A stretch of DNA of 64,000 nucleotides, from contig NC_083231.1 in assembly GCF_032191835.1 (NCBI RefSeq), positions 64,108,001 to 64,172,000 of the forward strand, given 5' to 3'. Below, piece after piece: positions 10,497 to 23,155 of this stretch; position 1 is the first letter of the stretch, and the number at the start of each line of letters is the position of its first letter. This DNA is from Heteronotia binoei. Taxonomy: Eukaryota. The position numbers and the translations under genes are program-made. The notes beneath the pieces were generated by a model. It ran no database searches. It saw only the letters and a program-made list of their open reading frames with translations, and was not told where the DNA came from.

Positions 10497-10522
<26 letters not shown>
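10497..10522. repeat. (CA)n microsatellite
   Basis: 13 perfect CA units. Others occur near 9143, 21024, 32593 and 50875. Confidence 0.95.
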
Positions 10523-10605
10523 TCCTTAAGTGTGTTCAAAAGAGGTTGTCTTCATGTTCCTGATGAGTTAAAGATGTAAGGAAAAAACTAAACCAAACCT
10601 TGGTT

Positions 10606-10695
10606 TCATGATAACATAAAACCTTGGTTCTGAGGTTTTATGTTGTCATGATAACATAAAACCTTGGTTCTGATAACATAAAACCTTGGTTCTGA
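10606..10695. repeat. Local direct and inverted duplication of a 25-28 bp unit
   Basis: TGATAACATAAAACCTTGGTTCTGA x3, with an inverted copy (GGTTTTATGTTGTCATGA) between units 1 and 2. Confidence 0.9.
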
Positions 10696-11477
10696 GTCCA
10701 GAAAGGAGCCATCCCTGTACTTCATAAACACCTTTCATTTCACCTTCAGATGACCTGAACAGAAACAGGAGCCTAATGTTTCCATACTGAAAGGTCTTTC
10801 CAGTCCCAGGAGGCCAATTTAGGAAGCATAGAGAGAAAAGACTGACTTAGGTGGGAAAGGTAAAACAGTAGTCTTCCATCTGGAATGTATTTCCTCTGCT
10901 TTCTCCAGCTATTTTCCTGGGGAAAAAAGTTTGCTGATTGACCTCCATGTGCAGCCAGGCATAATTGTTTGCCACAATGATGGGAAAAGATTTCTGATAA
11001 CATACAGCCAAAGTCACAAAGATGTTGCCCCTCCCCCTCCTCCTTCTTTCTCCCCCATCTTAGGAAACAAAGGGAAGCCAGGATAGCTGGAGCCTCTTCC
11101 CTTCCCTTTTCTTTGCTTACTGAAACAGATAATAGCAATACTCCTTTCTTCTTTTTGTAACCGGCTCCAAAATGGGGACATATCACCGCATGTTTGGTAC
11201 CTTTATTGTGTGTTCTACAACACTATACATTTTTATAACCTGTATTCACACAATAAGCTTGTTAGTGTGTGTTATGACAGGGCAGCCAGATTAAAGGTTG
11301 TGCAAAAAGTATTATTTCTGGAGAGCAAAGGGAGAGAGCCAGTTGTGGCTATATGACGAAGTCACAAGGTCTTGTAAAAATTAGTGTCTAGAGAATGAGA
11401 TAAAGTTATAGCAGCAATGATGTAGTACTTTTGGGTTTAGCATTATTTGCAAACTAATCTGCAAGCAGAATTATAAG

Positions 11478-14400
11478 GGAAGGAGATCGAGACATAATAG
11501 TGTTCGACCCCCTTCCAGCCTTCGCCCCATCCCGACGGTGACAGGTAGTGGGGCCAGGTTGAATTACTCACCTCCGTCACTGGTGTTATGCAATGCCAGG
11601 TCCATTAATAATAAGACCTCTGTCCTGCGGGAGTTTTTGTCCGAACAGGACATGGACCTGGCTTGCGTGACCGAGACCTGGGTGCGCGAGGGGGAGACGG
11701 TAGCTCTCTCCCAGACCGTTCCCCCGGGATACTCGGTCTTTCACCAGTCACGGACCAGCAGGCGGGGGGGAAGGGGTGGCACTTCTCATACAAGAGGCTT
11801 ACTCCTTTAGGGCTCTTCCGGCTCCAGAGATCCCAGGCATTGAATGTGTTGGCCTGAAGTGGGATGTTGGGGAGGGGTTGGCAATCTGGCTGGTGTACCG
11901 ACCGCCTAATGCACCGGCCGGCGCCTTACCATCCCTGGTGGAGGCTGCGGCGGGCTGGGCGTTGGAGCACCCAAGGCTCTTGGTCTTGGGGGACTTCAAT
12001 GTCCATGCCGACGACGCGGCCTCCAGCCAGGCGATGGACCTGGTGTCATCCATGGCGACACTAGGACTCTCCCAGGTTGTTACAACACCCACTCATCAGG
12101 CGGGACACATGTTAGACCTGGTCTTTGTGGTCGGAATATCAGTGACTGATATTGCAATGGAAGCAGTGCCATGGTCAGATAACTTTGCCCTTAAGGCTCG
12201 TATGGAGGTGTCTCCCAAAACCTGTTTAGGCGGAGAGCGCATTTTAGCTCACCCGCGGAGCCTGATGGACCCGGAACGGTTCCTAACGGCCCTACGGGAC
12301 ACCTGGCCCACTGGCGATTCCCTCTCCAGGGCCATTGAGGAGATCGCACCCAGGCGCCCTCTGCGCCCCCGCTCGAAGCCGTCGCCTTGGTTTAACCAGG
12401 AGCTGCAGCAACAAAAGCGGGGACTCAGACGACTGGAGAGGCAATGGCGGCGTACTCGAGACGAAGTGACCCGAACATCTTATAGAGAGAGTTTGAAGGC
12501 CTATGAGATGGCAATCTCATAGATTGCGTCCGCAACTTCGCGCCCGGCACAATTGTTCGATATAATTAGAGGATTTACAACGCTGCCGCAAGGCAGACCA
12601 AATTCTATTGAATTGGAAATAGGCTGTGAGGCTTTTGCGAAATTTTTTGCGGATAAAATCGCGTCACTCCGCCCCGACCCCCCTGCCAGTTTTGAGACAG
12701 TTAGCGAAACCGAGGCCCCGAGCCTGTCTTCGGATTATACTCTGGATGGCTTTAGCCCCCTCAGCCTGGAGGAAGTTGACAGGATTCTCTTATCTGCTCG
12801 CCCAACAACTTGTAAATTGGACCCATGCCCTTCCTGGCTTATTAAATCCTGCCAGAGGGATCTCAGATATCCTGTACGGGATATCATAAATAGATCCCTG
12901 ACGGAAGGGCATTTTCCAACGCCGCTCAAAGAGGCTGTGGTCCGTCCCCTCCTAAAAAAACCATCTTTAGATCCGGCCCAATTGGCACACTATCGGCCGG
13001 TCTCAAATTTGCCCTTTTTGGGTAAACTTATTGAGAGGGCAGTGGCGACGCAGTTACAGACTTTCCTGGAGGACGCTTCCGTCCTTGACCCATTTCAGTC
13101 CGGCTTTCGCCCGGGACATGGGACGGAGACAGTGTTGGTTGCCCTAGTGGATGACCTTCAACGGCATCTGGATCGGGGTGGCTCGGCGGTGCTGATGTTG
13201 TTAGACCTGTCAGCTGCGTTCGACACGGTTGACCATCGGCTACTGACGTGCTGCCTCGCCGACGCGGGGATTCAGGGGTTGGCCTTACAGTGGCTTTCCT
13301 CTTTCCTGGAAGGTTGGGGACAAAGGGTCGCAATTGGGGGGGAGCTATCCCGGAGGTGCACACTCGATTGTGGTGTGCCCCAAGGGGCGGTTCTCTCCCC
13401 GATGTTATTTAACATCTACATGCGGCCTCTTGCCCAGATTGCCCGAAGGTACGGGCTAGGGTGTCACCAGTACGCTGATGACACCCAGCTCTATCTACTG
13501 ATGGACGGCCAGCCGGTCTGCGCCCCGGAAAATCTTGATCGGTCACTACAGGCCGTGGCTGAGTGGCTCAGACTGAGTGGGCTGAAGCTAAATCCTGCGA
13601 AGACAGAGGTCCTTTGCTTGGGTCGCCGCGGCCCGGGAGGGGGAATCCCCCTTCCAGTTTTTGATGGTGCGCCGCTGACGGCGGCGGACAGGGTCAGGAG
13701 CTTGGGGGTGCTATTGGAGCCTTCTCTAAAGATGGAGGCTCAGATAGCAGCCGCTGCCAAGTCCGCATTTTTTCATCTTAGGCGGGCAAGGCAGCTGGCC
13801 CCCTTCCTGGAGCGAGACGACCTAGCAACAGTGATCCATGCCACAGTCACATCGAGGTTGAACCACTGCAATGCCCTCTACATGGGGCTGCCCCTGTCCT
13901 GAACTCGGAAATTGCAGCTGGTGCAGAATGCCGCGGCCCGGCTGTTATTGGGTCTCCCAAAGTGGGGACACATTCGGCCGGGTCTTCGGACTCTGCACTG
14001 GCTTCCAGTGATATACCGAGTCCGGTACAAGGTGCTGGTTATTACCTTTAAAGCCCTATATGGCCTGGGACCTGCCTACCTGAAGGACCGTCTCTCCCCA
14101 CATGTTCCCCAGAGAGTACTGAGGTCGGGAACACAAAATCTCCTCACTATCCCTGGGCCAAAAGAAGCCCGCTTGAAATCCACCAGAGAAAGGGCTTTCT
14201 CCGTTATGGCCCCTACATGGTGGAATCAGCTGCCGGAAGAGGTGAGGGCCCTGCGGGACCTTGTTCAGTTCCGCAGGGCCTGTAAGACGACCCTCTTCCG
14301 GCTAGCCTACACCTAGCTAAGATGAGAACTCAATGTAGCTTGCTTGACGTCTGTTCTATATGTAATTGGAATGTTTACTGGTTTTTAAGGTTTTAACTGT

Positions 14401-14535
14401 TTAAATGTTTAATTGCTTATATATTTATATTGTTTAATTGTATGTTTGACTAATTTCTGGAAGCCGCCCTGAGCCACTTGTGGGAAGGGCGGGATACAAA
14501 TCAATTAATAAAATAAAAAAAAATAAAAAAAATAA
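11478..14535 (+). mobile_element. L2-clade LINE, ORF2 (APE endonuclease + RT) nearly intact, 5'-truncated
   Basis: APE motifs LCNARSINNK, ACVTETW, LGDFN and WSDN. RT motifs GVPQGAVLSPMLFNIYM and YADDTQLY. C-terminal LQLVQNAAARLL..LHWLP. 3' end GCCGCCCTGAG..GGGCGGGATA followed by an (AATAA)n tail. One frameshift (~11771) and two in-frame stops (12520, 13900). Confidence 0.93.
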
Positions 14536-15240
14536 TCTGTCAATGGCATGTGAGTTGCAGGCTCATAGAGTCTGAGTTAATAGCATCTGTGTTTATTTCC
14601 AATCAGACTATCCAAATGTATGCCCCACTGTATCATGGGATACCTGCAACATTTTGTATGCTGTGTCAGCTACATGAACATCCTGCAGAGAGATCAGTAG
14701 CACATGACCCTCATGTTCACGTGTCAGTTCAGTAGTTAGTGCTCTGGCTTGTTTTCCAGGCTTTAATGAGCTTCATTAATTATACTTTAAAAAGAAAGGT
14801 ATGTGGCTGGAGAGGAACCCATTTAGCTCAACATGAATAGGAGTAATTGGACAGTTGGCAGAGTGTTAAATTGGTGGTCTATTGAGAGAAACTAGCAAAT
14901 CTACGTTATTCCTGCATGTGTAAAAGCCAGTAACATTTCTCTAATTATCTGTCAAATATTGTTTTGGTGAAGTGTGGTGGTCATGACTCATTCCTCCATG
15001 GAAAGCTTGCAGCATTATTTGCATTGCCAGCTCTTTACCACTGATGCTGAAAAGAACATAATCCATAGAAATTACCAGTTCTAGTTCTCTGAGTACTACA
15101 TTTTATGCTAATCCTAACAGACCTCATGCCTGTCTGTTTCAAAAGAGGTGCTGGGTAGCAAGGATTCAAGATGCTCACAACTGTATCACCAGAATAAAGT
15201 TCAAAAGAGTTCAAAAGAGTCTTAGTTAGTGGTTAGTGGT

Positions 15241-15939
15241 TAGTCACCTCAAGAATAGATCACTGTAATGCTCTCTACATGGGGCTACCCCTGACGCTAA
15301 CCCGGAGACTACAACTAGTGCAGAACGCTGCGGCACGGCTGTTAATGGGGCTACCACGACGGGAGCACATTCGGCCAGTGCTGAGAGAGCTGCACTGGTT
15401 GCCTGTTGTGTTCCGAGTTCGCTTCAAGGTGTTGGTATTAACCTTTAAAGCCCTTTATGGTCAGGGACCTGCCTATCTACGGGACCCCCTTTCCCCATAT
15501 ATCCCCCAGAGAGCACTGCGATCAGGGACAAAAAATCTGCTGTCTGCCCCTGGCCCAAAAGAAGCCAGGCTATGCGCAACAAGATCTAGGGCCTTCTCGG
15601 TGGCAGCACCAGAACTCTGGAACACCCTCCCAGAAGCTATAAGGGCCCTGCGGGATTTGTCGGCGTTCTGCAGGGCCTGTAAGACCGAACTGTTTAGACA
15701 GGCTTTTCTGGTTGACTGAAAATGGGCTGCCACCGGACATCCTACAGAAGCTGGTGGTCATAGTCAGAACCCAATACCGCCAGACTGGATTGAGATAGCG
15801 TAATAGTTTTAAACTGATAAATGTATTATGGTTTTATATGTTTTATGGAATTGATTGTTTTTATGATACAGCAAGCCGCCCTGAGTCCGCTTGCGGAGAG
15901 GGCGGGATATAAATGTAAAGTAATAAATAAATAAATTAA
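15241..15939 (+). mobile_element. L2 LINE 3' fragment (different subfamily from 11478)
   Basis: Open frame ...NALYMGLPLTLTRRLQLVQNAAARLLMGLP...FRQAF, L2-type 3' end and an (AATA)n tail. Confidence 0.9.
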
Positions 15940-16323
15940 ACATTGTTAATACAAAGGCATTGTTAATACAAAGGCCTTTTGCTCTTATCCTGCGAGGGAA
16001 CTGTGTTACACATTTGGTATTTGGGAGGAACGTGGTTATACTGTTGTGGGTGTTTGTATTTCCAATGTGTGAACAAAGAGCAGACATCATCAAAATGCCT
16101 CTTCCAAGAGAATGTGCTGTAACCTAACACCAGCAATAAAGTTAAGCTTTGGGTTTGCCTGCATTTCACAGAGGATGCTTGTAAGAGCAGACTGTAACAT
16201 CATGGCCTGAAAAATCTACATTCCACCCTTCTGTCTTTTAAAAAATTTCATAAAGTCCAACCTGATTAAGAGTTCTGGTGACCTCTGAAGTTTGCACGGT
16301 GCTTTGTTCAATTTGGTTGGGCC

Positions 16324-16505
16324 CAGGGCTTTTTTTGTAGCAGGAACACCTTTGCATATTAGGCCACACACCCTTGATGTAGCCAATCCTCCAAGAGCTT
16401 ACAGTAGGCCCTGTAAGAAGAGTCCTTTAAGCTCCAGGAGGATTGGCTACATCAGGGGGGTGTAGCCTAATATGCAAAGGAGTTCCTGCCACAAAAAAAG
16501 GCTTG
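16324..16505. mobile_element. hAT MITE (182 bp, palindromic)
   Basis: TIRs CAGGGCTTTTTTTGTAGCAGGAAC / GTTCCTGCCACAAAAAAAGGCTTG. Perfect TSD GTTGGGCC (16316-23 / 16506-13). Confidence 0.9.
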
Positions 16506-16667
16506 GTTGGGCCTAATAAAAGGCAGGTTTTGTACTTCTTTGAGGACTCTGCAAGGACCAATAAGGTTGTTTACATTTTTAGTGGATGGAAGACCATGAA
16601 TGCTCCTAACCCCTTTCTGTTATGACCAAATCAGACTCTGTCTTCTTTACTATATTTTATTCCCCTC

Positions 16668-17504
16668 TAGGGATGGGCACAAACTGAAAAATGAAACCAA
16701 CTGGCCCAGATCAAGCATGAACCATGCCAGTTTGTGGTTCGTTTTGAACCAGTTCATCACGTCAAGTAATTCCTGAACCCCAAAAATGAACCACCCCTTT
16801 TCTATGGAGGTTCAGGTGGTTCTTTTTTGTGGTTCTTTCTCCAGACAGCCTGGTGCCAATTGAATCAATTCTTAGATAGCACTGGGGGTGGACTTGTGAA
16901 GAGCCCTAGAAACACCAAAGCAGTTGTCCATGGCTTGATTGTCCATGGGAGCCAATCACAGAGCTCTCATTATGCTCTATGGGAGCAGATTATACACCAG
17001 TATAATACCACCTGCTGACTCAGCTGCTTTCACTTTGCAGGACAGAGAGAGTAGATTAGTAGTTGTGAGAACAGAAGAATTATTTGCTGCATAGCTGATT
17101 TAGGGGAGGTTTTGAGGGACTCCTTTCCCCCCACACAGTGAGACAATTTTTTAAACACCTCTCTTGACTGGGAAGGTATTTCTTGCTGTGGTTTCAGGGA
17201 CCAAACTTGAAGCTAGAACTGAGCTTTCCTGGGGCACCTGCTTGGGAGGGGGGGGGGCTATAACTTGAACATCCCAAAACCAATATTTGCCAAACTTGGA
17301 GGGGTGGTGGGGTAGAGCCTGCTTAAGATTTCCTGTGAGTTTGGCATCTCTACCTCATGAGGCGGCTGTTCTACCACCTCCCAAACCAAATGAACCACAA
17401 ATCAGTTTAGGAAAATGGTAGTTCATGTAAATTCATGGTTCATTCAATCAAACAAACCACAAACCAACATGACCCACCATTTTCATGGTTCATGCCCATC
17501 CCTA
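16668..17504. mobile_element. Non-autonomous hAT element (837 bp)
   Basis: TIRs TAGGGATGGGCAC / ATGCCCATCCCTA. Perfect TSD TTCCCCTC (16660-67 / 17505-12). GAACC/GGTTC-rich subterminal repeats. Confidence 0.9.
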
Positions 17505-20081
17505 TTCCCCTCTTTTTCCTCCAAGCAGCTCTGATTGACATACATGTCTTCATGCTCTCCTTTTGTCTCCATAACTACCTTGTTAGATTGATGGAGAGCT
17601 GGGAATGGGTCTAGTTGGTTCTCAAGCATTCTGTCCACTACACTGTTCTGTAGAATTACTCGTTACCTTTAACTTAACACTGCAGTCATTGCAGAAGAAA
17701 TAAACTACCGGTACCTTGACTGCCTGCTGCTAGTGCAATTAACTGTTTTTGATCATAGACATTCATCTCTTGCAATGAACATAGCACAGTGATTGGTGTT
17801 TTTGGTTGTCCTAGTAGTGAACTGCAGCGTATCTCTGTCGGTGTTTCCTGTTCAAGACATTCTGTGTTTGTGCATGTGTATATATGTGTATGTATGTGCA
17901 CATGAATTCAATGACTTTATTTTCTGTAGTCTCTCATGCTTAGTATATAACCACAAAATCACTCTTGTCATATTTCATTTCACTTGAGTTTTGGCTCACA
18001 GTATTTTGGTAACAAATAGAGCATTTATGCATTTCCCCTAAATACATGCTTCTTCCTCTGGGAATATTTCAGCATTTTATCTCTTTATATCTGCCTAATA
18101 TTGGTTGGTTTGTGAACTTGCACTCCTGTACTCATAAAGTTCCAAATGAATTTGACAGAGTGTGCCCCCCCCAAAAAGTGAGGGAAGACAAAGTTTGCTA
18201 AATAGATTCAGTTAAACACCACTAGCAAGAATCATACGGTGAATGGTTGCAACTTGCAATATAGCAAATTCAGCATTTTAATTTTGTTTAAATTAAGAGG
18301 AACAGCAGCACAATTACTGGTAACAGGGTATGTTTGAAAATTCTGTCCAAATAAAATGTGGGTGGGTTTTTATCGCTTTTACCAGTTACTTTACAAGCTA
18401 CTTGTTAGCGGCTGGTTTTGGTTTCTTGGACAGTAGAAAGTGTGCAACAAAATGCTACCCTATACTCACTTTTCAAAGGAATAACTGTGGTGGAGAAGTA
18501 CTTGCATTCTAGAAATGAGGAAGATTGTAGTAAGGGATTTTGCCAGCACCATTCCTGTGCCATAAATTCAAAAGAATGTTGTTTCTCATTTATGTGTGCA
18601 TGCATATGTGTGTTTGCAGGATTCTTTATGACCTTGAGACATAGGACATAATTGAAAAATAAGGACTATTTTGTATAAGAACAATCTTATTCATACTAGC
18701 AGAGTTTGTATTTGGGGCAGTCTGGTTTGCATACTCGGACTAGAACAGAAGCATCATTGTTGGCTATAAATTCTAAAGTTTTTTTTTCCTGTGTCATTGA
18801 ATGAGAGTATTTTTAATCATGAAATAACTAAAAGAAAGATGCCTGGTTAGAAGTTATTAAACTTGCCTCTTTTTGTGAGAGAATGGTAAAATGTTTGATT
18901 TCTTCAGTATAAATGTGTAATTGTAGAAGAAAAATGGTTGCAGCAAAGCAGATCTTGTGTGCCTAAGAGAAAATCAAACATTTGGAACAGAAGAAGCTGT
19001 CAGGAGTCAGTGACTATGAGAAGGAGAAGAGAGGCAAGAGCAAAATAGAATTCTCTGTGGATGAAGAGAAATACAATAAAACTGTGATTCTAGCCCCATG
19101 TGGTTATAAAGATGCTGCCAGTATAAAGACGACAGAAATTCACCTGCCTTGTTTGAAATTAGAGAGGTATGTGGGAGAGAAGGAGAAAGAACCAGAATCC
19201 CCCTGAGATTCAGTTTTGTGGTGTTTCTGTTTTATATTATCATATCCATAGTTGATTTATTGTCTTTGTTTTGTGTGTTTGGCTCAGGAATGGGAATTGA
19301 TTCACATGTGTATTTTCTAAAATATAACTAGTGCTTTTTAGCTGATAAATTCATTAATTTGACCATAGACTTTGTTTAACCTCTAGCCTCAAGTATGTAT
19401 AGATGTTAAAATTTGTTTTATGATTTTGTTATTGTTGGCATTTATGAATGCTCCCTTTTGTTGTTCAGTAATTAGCAATTTATTAGTGTTGATATTGTGC
19501 ATTTTCCATTATTTGAGAGATGCCTCAGGAATGCATAGACTGGTAGGCAGGAAGACACAAAGCATTTAAATAAATACATTCTGAAAAGACAGGAGGGAAG
19601 TCCTCAAAATTTGCTTCAGGACTTTTAAACAGAGGGGAGACATGTCTAAAAACATAGAGAGAACTCTGCTCTGTAAGGTCAAAGGTCCAGCTTGTCCAGC
19701 ATTAGCTTGCCCATAGTGGCCAGCCAGAGGCTGTAGGAAGTTCATAACAAAGCATGAAAGCAACAGTCTTTCTCTGACGTTTATTCCTTCAGCTGTTATT
19801 TTGAGGTCTGCAGTCTCTTGAACATGGATGTCCTATTTTTTGTACTGGCTTTGTCTTATCCTTTTAAAGGACTATCTAAGAGAATGACAATTACTACATC
19901 CCATTGCAGTTAATTTTATAAATTAATCATGATAATAATATTTTTGAGGGAAGTGAGTGGAGCCAGGTATGGCTTTTGCCCAGCAAGGCTTCTGACTGAC
20001 GATTGGAGAGTTGATTGGCTGTGCAGACTTTTTAAAATGTTGCTTTGGCAGCAGCTACCAGCACAGCACAAGTATCTATAC

Positions 20082-20661
20082 CAGGGATGTCAAACTCATT
20101 TGTTATGAGGGGTGGATCTGACATAAATGAGACCTTGTCAGGCTGGGCCATGTGCATCACAAAACGTAATGCCATGTAGCAGAGGTTTAAACTTTATAAA
20201 GGACATAGACAAACATGATTAAAGATTTTTTTTTAAAAAAAACACCCTTAAAACATGCTTAAAACATTAGCATTCATTGGTCTTACATGTGCTTTTTCTA
20301 TCTCTCCCAGAGAGCTGGGCAAAGGAAGCTCTGCTCTTTCCTTCCTTTCCCAGGGGACCAGGAGGGAAGGGGGGGGGGGAGCCTTAGACAACAGAAGGAA
20401 GAGAGGCTTGGCTCAGTAGTTCTGCTGTGTGGTTAAGAGAGCCTGGCAAAGCAACCTCTCCCTCCCTGCCTTCCTTCCCAACAGAAGAGCCTCAGTCAAT
20501 GGAAAAATAGAGGCTTTGTTCTGTAGCTCCTGAGTGATTAGCAAGCCTTGCAAAGCAAGCTGTTATGCAGAAGAAAGCAAGAGAGAGGGAGAAGGAAGCA
20601 GATGGCAGCCAGTTGCTCGGAGGCCTGATTTGGCCCCCGAGCCACATATTTGACACCCCTG
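20082..20661. mobile_element. Non-autonomous hAT-Charlie element (580 bp)
   Basis: TIRs CAGGGATGTCAAAC / ATTTGACACCCCTG. TSD ATCTATAC / TTCTATAC. Homologous to 50936-51435. Confidence 0.85.
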
Positions 20662-21214
20662 TTCTATACTGTATTCTGGAAGTTAAGCTGTGGCAATTAT
20701 GTTGGCTGGCTCCACCTCTTGCGGCAACCATTTTGTTCTTGCTTCCACCATGCTGTGTCAGAATTGCAGGTGTGTCCAAAGGCTCAAAAAAGTTAACCCC
20801 TGTTCTAACTGAAGCATTTTTAGTACTCACATTTAGCATAAAATAAAGGAAGGAATTTGAGGCTTCTGCTTGCAAATAATAGACAAGGAATTTCTACATT
20901 CACATACAAATAGTTTAAAACTAGAAGAAGGGTCTTCAAAGAAGATGGAGCTGATCTAGTTAAGTTGACCAAATAATAATAAAGGCTATGGATGCCCAGA
21001 AAAGAAAACAATCTTCAGCAATACACACACACACACACACACACACATACAGTGTGTGAAGAGAGGTTTGGCTCAGTAGCTCTGCTGTGCAATTGAGAGA
21101 TCCTGGCAAAGCAACCTCTTCCTTCCTCCCTTCCTCCCCAAGGGAGGAATTTCAGCCAATGGGGAATTTCAGCCACAGTGTGGAGGAAAAACTGGGGCTC
21201 CATGGATTTCTGGG

Positions 21215-21790
21215 AGAGTATTATCAGAGATCTGAGAGAGGACCCCCAGCAGCACCATCGACTTTCGGGACTGCAACGCTCCTACCAGCTGTGAGGGTTC
21301 CAGGGCAATGAAAGTTGAGGGGAGGACCCCTGGACTGGCAGGCTGGGGGGACGCAACTGCGGAGTGGATGCAAGAAGCTTTAGCTGTTCAAAGCACCCAA
21401 CTCCAGGAGGAAATGCAAGCCATGCACACCTTCTGATCCAAGAAATGCAAGACCTCATCCGGCAAGTGCGAGCGATGGGGGAGCGGATCGCAGCTGCACT
21501 CCTCCTGCAACCAGCCCCTAAAAGAGGGGGGAAGACTGCCAATTCCCACTGGGGGGAGCCCCTGCGGGAGGCAAACAACCCATGGGTGGCAACCGGGCAC
21601 CACAACCTCAACCTGAGCCGGTGGCGGTGCTCGGGGACCATCGGAACTAGCCTACTTCATTGTGACTGTATGAGGGCACGTCGGCGTCTGGGCCCGTAAC
21701 TTCCCAATGGAACAGTCGCGAGTAGTCTACATTGGCAGCTGCCTCCAGGGCCTGGCGGCCCAGTGGTATGTCACCCTATTCACCCTATTC
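21215..21790 (+). mobile_element. Ty3/Gypsy retrotransposon gag remnant (decayed)
   Basis: GC/CpG-rich island. The frame starting at 21644 reads ELAYFIVTV*GHVGVWARNFPMEQSRVVYIGSCLQGLAAQWYVTL, resembling the Ty3/Gypsy (Sushi/PEG10-like) capsid region. A helical QEMQDLIRQVRAMGERIAA segment lies upstream. Confidence 0.65.
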
Positions 21791-22193
21791 TCGATAAGCT
21801 TCATCTGGAGCCCTGGATTTGTACCTTTTTCTTAAATTATGGGAATGTACCATATCCTACGGATATCTTTCACCATAATAAAACTTGTTCAGTTTTACTG
21901 AACATCAGGAGCACAGGTCCATTAATATTTGAACAATCTGTCTTATGAATACTCAGCAAAAGCCTTAGACCAGGGGTACTCACCCTATGGCTAGGGGAAA
22001 GTGCCACATTTGCAATTACCAACAATCAAAAGATGTGCACCACCCAACCAAAAATAAATATACAATAATATAACTGTTCATATAAATATATAACTGTAAC
22101 TTTTAAATTATCACAGTACTGTAAACATGCAGGGTTGTCTCTCTCCACTACTGTTAAACATTTGCCAGCCCTTCTGTATCTGCAGAGAGGGGT

Positions 22194-22473
22194 GGACTAG
22201 TTTGGTGTAGTGGTTAAGTGTGCAGACTCTAATCTGGGAGAACTGGGTTTGATTCCCCACTCCTCCACATGCAACGACTAGAGTAACCTTGGGTCAGTCA
22301 CAGTTCTTAAAAGAGCTGCTTTTCTCAAGAGCAGTTCTCAAAAGAGCTCTCTCAGCCCTTCCTACCTCACAGGGTATCTGTTGTGGGGAGGGGAAGAGAA
22401 GGAGATTGTAAGCCATTCTGAGACCCTGAGTGAAGGATATAAAGGGTATAAATCCAATCTCCTCCTCCTCCTC
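22194..22473 (+). mobile_element. tRNA-derived SINE (Squam3B-like, gecko type)
   Basis: A box TGGTGTAGTGG, B box GGTTTGATTCC, MIR-like core, L2-type tail ending in (CTC)n. Confidence 0.8.
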
Positions 22474-23155
22474 AGCATAAGAAGGTTGGGTGAGAGAGTG
22501 AGTTTGCCAAAGAGCCTAAAGGAGATCAAACAAGCATTGGGAAAAGGGCAGTCAGAACCACCAACAGCATACTATGGTCAGCTTGCTGTTTTCCGGGTGG
22601 TAGGCTGCTATGGTGATAGTTTAATTCTCTGCAGCTAGCTTTCTATCTTCCTGGTAGAGTACTGCGATAAAAGTTCGGAGTCTGTGAAGAAAGGAGATTG
22701 TTGGAAAGGATGGCACTGAGTTTCACTTGTCAGGGAGGCTCACAGGCTCCCTGTTCTACACTCCCTCAGTGTTGGCTGTTTCAAAGTGCAAATCATCTGC
22801 CAGGCATTACCCACTTTCCTGGAACATGTGGAGGGAACCACACAGGGAAATGGTGCTGAGGAGGGCTGCAGGTGACATGTTTTGTATTGTAAATTTTAAT
22901 ATTGTTTAAACAATTGACAAAGGGATAATAAACAATCAGCATGTGGATTATGGCGGAATGTACGCTTGATTTCAAGCAATCATCTCCCATATGACTTTAT
23001 GACCTGACTCTACAGAAACTTAACAGTGCCATCTTAAGCAGAGATGGATTGGCTCAGTCGAGGAAGCCATGGCCCTCAATTTGCATGACCTGAGCGAGGT
23101 TGTTAAAGATAGGACATTTTGCTATATATTCATTCATAGGGTTGCCATAAGCCAT

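Noticed and set aside
10606-10695. CRISPR-like direct repeats
   Set aside because: No unique spacers, the units are adjacent or overlapping, the context is eukaryotic, and there are no cas genes.
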